Shown one piece after another: positions 53,310 through 64,000 of a stretch of 64,000 nucleotides of DNA. The notes under the pieces were generated by a model. The model worked only from the letters and a program-made list of their open reading frames with translations, ran no database searches and was not told where the DNA came from. Numbering within the stretch: position 1 is the first letter of the stretch; each line of letters begins with the position of its first letter. A program made the position numbers and the translations under genes. Origin of the DNA: Lytechinus pictus (taxonomy: Eukaryota); assembly GCF_037042905.1 (NCBI RefSeq), contig NC_087251.1, forward strand, positions 46,068,001 to 46,132,000, in the 5' to 3' direction.

Positions 53310-56300
53310 TTAAGATTGGAAGAGAATTTTCACTTGTAAATTAATTTCATACTCTCACAATATACATACAGTTCTTTGAGGATTTTTGGCAAGGACAAAG
53401 TATATCATATATTGTTTACACTTGTAAGGAGTTTGTATTTCATATTCTCACAATAATTATTTTGGGATTTTTTTTAATGGAACATTAATGATTTTTTGCA
53501 AGGAGCAGAGTATATCATTTTATTTTTCCTCGGATCATTTTTACACTTTTCCCGCTTTCATAACCTGTTAAAACTCCCAATGATGCCTTGCACAGAAGTA
53601 TAGAACTATACAGACACACTATACATTATCTTCACAATGAAATATTGACAAAATTCATGAATGTTTTCAAGGAATTAAGGTACTGATGGCAAAGTTTTAC
53701 AAAATTTCTAGAATAATCCCATTATTGTGCTAACTGGATCACTTTTAATGAATACATGTAGGTCATAACTTCATGAACTTGAGATTCTGTATGAAAACCC
53801 CTACATGTAGCTTAATGATGTGTTTTGTTCTGTTTTTGAAGTCACTTTGGGTGTATACAATCATAAATTTATAAAATATACCACATACAATGGTTCTGTA
53901 AATGTTTCCTTATCAGTGCACAGGATAAATCAACATATCTTATATATATTTTCACAATATTCTTAAACCATTTAATATTTATGTTATTTTTTTCTTATTA
54001 AGCTCCAATCTCTGACGAGCTTTCAGTGTATCAAAACTGCCTCTGTTTAATGTTCTGGGAATAAACTACCACCATCCATGTACTTTTTATAATTTGAATT
54101 TAGAGAATCTACAGCCTGAAACAGAGATTGAAAAGTAAACAATACATGTATGCAGGTCAACATTATATCTAATTGAAACAGAATATAAATAACTTTATAA
54201 TAATAATACACTAAATGCTGTTTTCAGAATTTGAGAGGATACTCCTCACTTGTCAGAAAAGAATTTTCGAATGTTAAAACCATCTAATGTCCATGCATAC
54301 ACACGTTAGTATAGCGCAGGTGTACACAACATTTATGGAGATCATTTATTTTTACTAGAACATGTACATATAACCAATTACATGAAAATTCTCTCTATCT
54401 CTATCTATTTTTCATCAGTTATGACAAACACCCCCTTGTAATATTCATAGAAAGGGCAATAAAAATGACCAACATCTCAGGGAGATGATTAGTAAATGAG
54501 ATGACTAAGTCTCCTCGTACACTAAACACTAGGGGAATCTAAGCCAATACAACAGGGTCCCCCTTTACACGGATGAAATGCAAATGATCTACAAAATTAC
54601 GTTGATTGTCGTGAATATTACAAGAAGTGAGCATCTTGCTTTACACCGGTAATTTGTTCCACGCGACTGCGTGGCCGAGCAGTGGAGTGTGTCTCTTATT
54701 GCCAAGACCACCTCCTCCCTCCCATCATCGTGCCCCACACACAAGGTTGGCGAGATGGACGTTCGGAGTGTGTTTAATGCATTGTGCAAAACAGGGCATT
54801 GGAGACACATTATTTTCTGTCAAAACGGGCACAGGTTTTCCTATTGATCCTGCATTTTGCATGTGGGTGAATGTCCAGTTTACTAAACAAACAGCTTATT
54901 AATGCTTCAGGCTCGGTTCTCAACTGCATCTAAAATGAGATCTCGCGTTCCCTCCGATAACCTGCATATATTCAGGTGCACAAACCGGTATGCTTCCTGC
55001 TTGGTTAGCAGGGGTCAAGGGGAAAAAATCAAGCATGAATATTTCATGACGAGCAACAGTTCAACAAATATTCAGGACAGAGTCTCTGAAAAACAACCTG
55101 GTGTATACGTAATTGGCACGAAATCCTTCTCCATGATAATAATATTCTCCACCCTATCAAGTCTTGATTCTGGGAAAAATGCCGTTAAAGGAAATTATGA
55201 CACATTGTTTTCCTCATCTAATTACTTATTTCTTTTATTTGCAAATCACAAAAAAAGGAATCTCAAAATCCATTTTTTATTCCTTCTTCATGAAAGCTTA
55301 ATGAATGGTTAACTGAACAGAGTTTCCTAGTTACTCAGTGTTGATCATTCACTAAATATGTACGCCCAACTTTTATTTTTTTGATGAGAAGTTGAGAACA
55401 ATCAATTTTCGCAAGGACCAAGTATCGAAAATTCACAACAGATAAACAATGTCTGAAAGAGTAAAGAGGTCTATGGTATTTCTATAGTAGTTCAATAATG
55501 CTGGGAAAACATTGGCTAATTGAACCTCAATGAGATTATACCCAATTTTACTATTGTTTTCTGGATGCAATAAAAAAATTATTAACAAAAGTAACCTTCT
55601 TGTTTCTGTTACGATGAATGCTTTTATCTAATTCATGTTTTACTTCAACAAATTACTTTAATATGTTATTCTAGGGACCCTGCGCTTCAGACATCTTTTG
55701 TTTATAATTAGTTCCTACGATATTTTCTTATCTGCAAATGTAACACTATTTTTTGCTGATGTGAATATTATCTTACATTGTAAAATAAAATATCAAAAAC
55801 AAATAAACCTTTTCATCATTTGCCAATGTAAAATGTGAGACTGCCTTGCCTGATCATATAATATGGTATTGGGTTCACTTTATGAAGAAAGACTGGGCAT
55901 CACGACATCTGATTACTATTCTCAACGTGAACTGGCAGTGAACGATCATAATATTGACTGAATCTCATCGCCTGTGGCAAAGAAAACATGCCCAGTCGAT
56001 AAGTGAATACAGACTTCATACATTACGATAACTAAATGAATAATGCCTTTCAAAATGAAATTGATTTCATTATTGATCGGAATCCTGGTTTGTTATCAAA
56101 AATGAAATAGGGCCGGTATTAAACTAAACATTACAATAAATATCTGTCACATGTCATCTTTTGTAAAACAAATATTGCTATTTCCCAACTTGTAGGCCTA
56201 CATTTAATTGCACAAGGCTTGAAAATAACACTCATGTTATACATTAAGCGGCTGAAGTATATGAAACTGAATATTTTAGAAAAAAAAAATAGTACACAAA

Positions 56301-56528
56301 CAGTGCTCAATTATAAAAAAATAATTGCTTCATCAAATAAACTTTTGCAAGTATGGAGGAAAACTTTGATTTTTTTATATGGTGTTTCCTAAACCAGGAG
56401 CAACTACAGCCTTTACTATAGCTCTTTTGCAACTTGAACTCAGAAGTGTTAAAAGATCAACTCTGGTACTGGTAACAACAAAATAAAATGTTTGCAGAAT
56501 GGAATAAAACTGACACAGACTTATTATA

Positions 56529-57590
56529 AACAAGTGGAACGCCTCTGGCAGTCTCGCCTGCATTACGCGATTCAATATAGCAACAGTGCTGACTTTGAAA
56601 ACAGCTATTGAATACTTATTTACAAAAGAAAAGACTCATGATGATAAAATACCATGTCCATTGACCCAACATGACCTTTGACCATAATCATGTGGTGTGC
56701 AAAATTTGCACGTCTTAGGTCACATGATAATGGTCAAAGACTGCAAAACATACTTGATAACCCCTCTGTCTATGTTTCATCATGGAGGTAGAAAGAACTA
56801 CATGTACACGTACATGTGTAGATCCATAAACTTTAAAGTTACATGTTCTTAGGTCACATGATAATGGTCAAAGACTGCAAAACATACTTGATAACCCCTC
56901 TGTCTATGTTTCATCATCATATTCATGGAGGTAGAAAGAACTACATGTGTAGATCCATAAACTTTAAAGTTACATGTATGATGGCAATTCAACGAATACC
57001 CTCAACATGGCCAAAGTTTGTTGACCCTAAATGACCTTTGACCTTGGCCATGTGACCTGAATCTCACACAGGATGTTCAGTGATACTTGATTACTCCTAT
57101 GTCCAAGGTGCTTAAACCAGATCCATAAACTTTCAAAGTTATGATGGAAATCAACAAATACCTCCAACACGGCCATGGTTCATTGACCTTAAATGGCCTT
57201 TGATCTTGGTCATGTGACCTGAAACTCTCACATGATATTCAGGGATACATGGTTACTCTTACGCCCAAGTCTCAAGAACTAGATCCATAAACTTTTAAAG
57301 TTATGAATTATGATGACAATGCCACAAATACCCTCAACATTATCAAAGTTTGTAGGCTCTAAGTGACCTTTGACCTTGGTCATTAGACCTGAAACTGAGG
57401 CAGAATCTTCAGTGATACACAATTACCCCTATGTCTATGTTTCATAAACTAGGTCCATATACTTTCTAAGTTACATGAATGATGACATTTCAAAAACTTA
57501 ACCGGTATCGATTCCTCCAACATGGCCTAAGTTCATTAGCCCTAAATGACCTTTGACCTTGGTCATGTGAGCTGAAACTCAGGCAGGATA
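56529..57590. repeat. Interspersed element with ~160-bp subrepeats carrying TGACCTTTGACCT
   Basis: Repeated atgacctttgaccttgg.catgtgacctgaaactc...gatccataaacttt.aaagttatgatg; internal direct duplication about 56715-56845 / 56848-56975. Confidence 0.8.
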
Positions 57591-60500
57591 TAAATGAGAA
57601 ATAATCCCTTAGCCCCTCAGTATAAAGTTCATCATGTGGGGGTAAATGAAGAATTTACCTTTTGCCCCATCGCCCTTTACCCCAGTAGGTCTATATGAAA
57701 TGCTTCAAGAATTACAATACATGGTGGAACTAGAGGAGATTTACGACTGCCATGCTTGATTCTGATAGCTCAAGAAAGGTCAAGACCATCGTGGATTATA
57801 ACCAAGGAAGGATCATAATAAGGTCAGAAGAATTATGGATAGCCAGATAGGATCATAGAAACAATAAAACAACACCTGTTTAACCACAAGATAAACAGTC
57901 ACTTAAGATGATTTCATATCACTTTCCATAGTTTAAAGAGAGATGACAGGATGGAAGCTACATATAGAGAGGTGTCCTTACTTTCAATTTTAGAAAATAA
58001 TTCATTACTTTTTATTAAGAGCGGATAATTTTCTGACACAAAAAATAAAAAATCCTCAAAAATCTTTGCCAAATTCACGTCTACAATAATGAGTATTGAG
58101 ATTTTTTTCTTATTTTTTTTTTGCAGAAGGGAAGAACAAACCACATAGGCCTTTTAAACCTCAATATAAAGGATGGATTGAGGATTTAACATGATTTATC
58201 AGAGAAAGTCAGGGGAGCAGAATAAGAGGTAGAAAAAAGTCCTGAGCATGGGGGTATATGCCCGTTGGATCTTCGCCTGCCCAATATAAAAAAGGCCAAG
58301 TTTACCCCCGAAGTTGATTTGTCAAAAGTTCAAGCATTTTATAGTTTTACTTATTTTACAAGCTATACATGATACAGGCAGTAAATGATGCAGCTTATGA
58401 GATCACATGTATACTAGTACTCACTATTTTGGTGTTCTTTTGTTTTATTACATTTTATTTATTTATTTTATTTTATTTCATTTCCAGGTACACATTATAC
58501 TCGTAACAATACTAAAAATAGTCAAATTCATTACATTGAAAATAATCATCATACAATATCCAATATACAATATTTTAAAAAACACTCAAAAAAGGAAAGA
58601 ACACCAGCTAATGCCTGGAGATTATCAAAAGAAATCATTTTGCGCTTTCAACATAATTTGAATTGCAATCATTGAAACTTTCAAAATCAAATCTGCAAGG
58701 ATCAATCTAAAATTCTTGATATTTCACACAACAAAGTACAAGTTGGATGTTTACTGGTCTTCTCTCTCATTTGCTTTGACGGTTTGACTTGACCAGCATT
58801 CCATAACTGTAACTGATTTTTGAATGCGAGTGAAACTTTAAAATGTCATAACTTCTCTATTTCACACACTTGCTTGGTTTCTTTTGTTCAAATCAAATTA
58901 TTGCTGAAATGGACTGGACCTTTAATGCGCTTGAGCCATTGGTGCACAACTTTCAAAGATAAGTTAAGAGTTTAACCTGACAAGGAGAGGGTTCCTGATG
59001 AATACCTGATAACATACAGGCCTACACACTTGACATGAAGTGGTACTTGGGCAGTAATTTCATCTCTCCATAAAATCATCAGCATACAAGATGTTCACAA
59101 TATCAATTGATGACAGTCTTTAAACTTATGAACCCCAACTGCAAAACATTCTCTGCTTCTAGCTTGGTACTTTCATACCATGGACCTATAATGTTCATAC
59201 CAATCAGATCATAAAAAGACCTACATGTATGTACTCTACTAAAAGCGCTAGATTTGAAGTTTTATACAACAATTTTTAATATATATATGAACCTTAAAGT
59301 AGTTTGAATAGTTTTTAAAAAGTGTTCAAACAGCAAAGTTTGATTTAAACTTTCATGTGTAAATGATGTGTCGCCATTATGATGAAATATGTCGCAGCAA
59401 TAAATAACTAATGCACTTAATCAGTTTTCAATCCAATTATTTAAGTTCTTGGTAGAAAATTTTTGAATAAACCTAATTTCTTATAATAGAATACAAAAGA
59501 ACAAGTGGGGATATGACAACATCAGCCCACCTAATGTAAATTCATGAAGACATGCCTAGAACCGTTTCACAGGAATAAGGCAAATCTTTAAAACTCAAAT
59601 AACTTTGTTATTTGTTATCCGATTTTGATCAAATTTTCAGCATTTTGCTCAGTGAATTTTAATCTATTCTTTGAGTCTTAATTGTGAAAAATCCTATTCT
59701 TTATTTCTTTTTATCCTATTTTCAAGCTTGAAATCTAACTTTTCTTTAAATTTTTGGAAAACATACCAAAAAATCATTCTTACATAAAAATTTATTTAAA
59801 AAAATTAATATTTCTAGGGTAAAATCCTATATTTAGTGCCAATATCCCCTTATTAATCCTACTAAACAGGATAAAATCCTAATAATTGGCAGCTCTGAAT
59901 GTGTTATTTCTTATGTCTAATCTTGATTTTCATTTTTTGTTTCTCAAACCATCACTCTAAGTATGATTTTATTTTCAAAAGAAAATTAGTCTATATTTAA
60001 TGTCTCATTAAATTAGTCTATATTTAATGTCTCATTAACTCTAATAGTAATCTGAGTGCAAATACATTAATGATGATTTTAAATATACATGTATACTACT
60101 TAGAAAATAACTAGTGATTTAGAGGAAGAAAATTCAAAAGAGTTTGGCAGTGAAAAACCTACACTCTAAAACAAAAAAACTAACACCCTATGTTTTATTA
60201 ATAGTTTCATCATGTAAGTCATGTCAGAGGAATGGGGAATAATTTACGAGACAAGGGTGAAACAGATCTTATAGAATGGATGGTCCCTGAAGAACAAGAA
60301 AGGCAATTTCACTCTTGGGACCTCTTCAAGTAAACATGATCTTGTATATCACATTTGACAAGCAGGAGTTTGGCCTCTTTATTTCTGACTGAACCAGTCA
60401 AATTATCTGGACCCCTCTCTGGTGGTGCAATCATATTTTGCTGCATTACATTAGATTTTAGAGTACACATTGCTTTTCAAAAGTACCCCAGATATATATT

Positions 60501-63400
60501 CATGAGTTAAATTATTATATTATTTTAATAATAATACCAATTGCACAAAGACCACATTTCTATTTGTTTTTAATGAAATATTAGTAACAATAGTTCCCTA
60601 TACTATAAAAAAGTTCCAACATCATTATCAGTGCAAGAATACCTGCAACCCCTAAAATCCTCTCATTAGAAAATTTGTGCATGATGTAATCTGCAAAAAT
60701 GTGATGTTGAAGGTGTTGTTCTTTCACCAATGTGATCTAGATGAGTAGATCATTCAAGGGCCTGGATTTTATTAGGTGCCTACTGCCTCATGCCCATTAA
60801 TAAACCAAGGTTAGGAGTGCCATATGCAGATAAATGTTGAACCATTGATGAAATCAGCAGCGCTTTGGAGCTGTGGTGGGATTTGATCTCTATACCTCAT
60901 GAAAGTCCTCAGACTTTTCCAGAGAACCAGTCACCACATACATGTACTTACTGTACAAGATGGATATTTTTGTAACTTAAGAAGAATTGTAAATCATTTC
61001 TCAAAGACATCCCTTGAAAGTAATTTAAGAGTGGATGATGCTGGTCTTGTCAGCAAATATAGGACTAGAGTTCAAACAGTCAGTAGAGTGGATGAAATAG
61101 TGCCCCAGTCCATTTTAATGTTCAGTACAACATAATTCATGTCCTTGTCCACTACAAACTGACAAGAACTATCTGCTGGCATCCCCCTAATCATTGAGGA
61201 AACAAATGGTGAAGTGAGAGTACAAACAAAATAACATTGCTGGCATTACATTTTCAAAGACAGTCAGTCAGTATTACCAGTAAAGTGTTTTGCAAAGTAT
61301 CTGTTTTCACTATGTTACCTAACATTTTCTCAGAACTGTGTATGAATGAATATAATTTTTTTTTACAAAATATTGGATGCTTATTGTTGAGTATAACTTT
61401 TAAGGTGAACTAAAATGAGTACAAGTACACAGGTCTGTAAAACATTCATATATTGCATAAGTCTACCTAAGCTAAAATATTATGGAAGTAATTTTTTCCA
61501 AAAAAAAAAGTTTTAGGTAAACTTTTAAACATCATTGTTTCATAAATTATATCTACACTGTACATGTAGATCTAGTCAGTTCAAGAGTATTGAATTGGTG
61601 TAAAGTGATGGAAACTCTGCTGAAACCCAAGTACTTTTGTACTCTTGTCAATCAATTTCTGCAAAAGGGAAAACAGCATCAGGATTCCAATGATTTTTAA
61701 GTACTGTGTGTCATTCTATAGTTACTAAGAGACAATCAATAAAGTTGTTTACATTCATTTCCATCTCAGTTTTCATTCATACCGAACTGAGCGATTAAAA
61801 AAAAACCTTGACTCATCCTCAAGGAAAGTGCGTTGCCAAGAGTTCGTTCATTCTCAGAGGTCCCCGTCTTCACCAGATAGGCATGATGATTTCTGTAATC
61901 TCACTTTGATTGAATCCACACCCCTGTTGGATAATTTACCAAGTAATTATCAACCAAAATAGAAGAGACTCGTGGGCTATTTTTGTTGTATTAAGCCTCC
62001 ATATCGCTTCTCGAGTTTGTCCTCTGGCTATCGACACTGGACAAACTCTAGTCAAATTGACCTGGACTTCATTGACGGAGTCTCAAGAGCCCAAGTGCAC
62101 TAAGTACTGTAATACTGAGGAAGTTCAAGGATCTTGGCACACCTGGGGCTATTAAAAACTATTAACCAGAACTCTTAAAGATAAAAATAAATCACTTAGC
62201 AGAAATCAGAGAAGAGCCACAGAGCAATTTGTCTCTTACATGTAAATCTCTTCAAGATTTCAGACGATGCCAAAGCGATGACTGGGAGATGTTTAGAATC
62301 TTTCCATATCATCATGATGGGATCGCCACTGATTAAATCCTCCTCCTTCCCCATCTAAAGGTCATTAAACAGCAATTAAGAGTCTATTCTAATCAAGAGT
62401 TCAAACATCCCCACACATACAGGTCTGTGTAATATTGATGGTTAGAATCTGAATTTTTTTTTTAAGGACTCTAAATCTATCCCTACATGTAATAAAGATG
62501 GGACAAGCTGCATTTCTTTGAACAAAAAGAAGGTGTGTAAATACTGAAAAAATGTATCATTAAATAATAGGATTGAAACTTCCCCTAAATAATGCAATAA
62601 TGGAGGAATTATGATCCCTTTATTTTGCATTAATCCTATTCTTTCATTTTGAAATAAGCACAAGATCAGTATCATCACAACAAACTGCAAAGAAAATAAT
62701 ACAAAATTTTAAATGCATACAGTAATATTTGGCCTAAATAGTTCACTAACCCCTCCCATGCCCTTCCCTAAAACTTAAATCAAAAGGTGGTTGAACTTTC
62801 AAACAAAATGACAAAAATTCATAATATCTAACCCCTCCCTAAAAATGAAACTATAGGTGATTGAACCTGGATACCGAAAACAATTTGATTATTTCTTATC
62901 ACATCAGCCATCCTTGATCATATTTTGCTTTCATGAAAACAAACTATACCTTGAAGGCAAATTCTTAGATCTAGGTGGGGTACCAATGGGATTGGTCTTC
63001 ACAAGGTGACTCAGCCAGCCTTCTTCTGCTGCCCATTAAAATTGTGGCGAAGGATTTTTTTTTAACTTTAAAGGCCAAGTCCATCCAGAGTTGGGATGAA
63101 ACAACAAGGGAAATCAAACAAGAAGTTACCAAAAATGCCCCTTAGTCTAAAAAAATAACTAGTTTTTAAAATGGAAATCATTTATGATTTAGGATTGTTA
63201 GAACATTATGATTAATTTTCATTCCAGCTGACATCCAAAGTGCTATACCACTCCCAATAATACACATTATCTTTCATTGTTAATCATCAGCAATGTTAAT
63301 ATTCTGCTTTCATATCTACTGTATAGTGCATATCTTATCAGATTAACGTCCCTTCTGAGTGCTTTACATTTACAAGTAAATTATTTTGTTGAATAATTAA

Positions 63401-63962
63401 AGGTCAAGTCCACCACAGAAAGATGTTGATATGAATCAATAGAGAAAAAACAAACTAGCATAATGCTGAAAAATTCATCAAAATCGGATGTAAAATAAAA
63501 AAATTATGACATTTTAAATTTTCGCTTATTTTTCACAAAATGCTGAGTTACATGCACGACTAACTGTCTGAAATGCAAATGAATTATACAATATTTCAAT
63601 TTTTACAGATTTGACAATAATGACCAACTTGACTGAACTATAAAATGTTTAAACAATGGTAATTTCACATGTTCAGGATGGAATAAAACTTTGTTTCTCT
63701 TGCCAATGGAGAGAAATTAGAATATTTCATTTCATATAATGAAATACAAAAGAAATAGTAAGTGGGTGATGTCATCAGTCCCCTCATTTGCATACATGTA
63801 CCGACTAGGATGTGCAAAAGATTTTTTAAGAAATAATGTGAAACTTAAAAGTGTCATAACTTTCTTATTTTACACCCGATTTCAATGAAATTTTCAGCAT
63901 TATGCTTGTTGGATTTTTCTCTTTGAAATCAAATCAACTTTTTGTTGGGGTGGACTTGTCCT
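63401..63962. mobile_element. TTAA-target non-autonomous DNA transposon, third copy
   Basis: TTAA|AGGTCAAGTCCACC ... GGTGGACTTGTCCT|TTAA. Confidence 0.88.
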
Positions 63963-64000
63963 TTAACAAGGAGATTCCGTGATTTAAATTGATTTTGTCA

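Noticed and set aside
40894..64000. Searched for the RING and B-box exon of the TRIM gene
   Set aside because: No C3HC4 or B-box motif found in the ORF track or by reading; it probably lies beyond the window.

Overview
AT-rich, intron-dominated eukaryotic DNA. The repeat content and gene style suggest a marine invertebrate deuterostome, probably an echinoderm (inference). The window covers most of one minus-strand TRIM9/TRIM67-family (class I TRIM) E3 ligase gene. Seven phase-compatible exons (40798-40893, 40096-40188, 22247-22387, 19332-19488, 8886-9025, 7155-7293, 2462-2973) splice into about 425 aa: coiled coil, COS box, FN3 and SPRY. I did not find the RING/B-box exon, which probably lies beyond position 64000. 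The introns hold many MITEs and non-autonomous DNA transposons (TA-, TTAA- and TTA-target families, some nested), tRNA-derived SINEs and tandem repeats. The most interesting observations are: (1) a candidate internal promoter and first exon giving a RING-less isoform; (2) an 18-nt UGC-type microexon and several other candidate cassette or terminal exons; (3) a minimal Penelope-type hammerhead ribozyme motif; (4) many TACATGTA motifs that paralog comparison shows to be CATGTA insertions at TA, matching Tc1/mariner excision footprints. No prokaryotic system or CRISPR array is present. All alternative exons are predictions from sequence alone.
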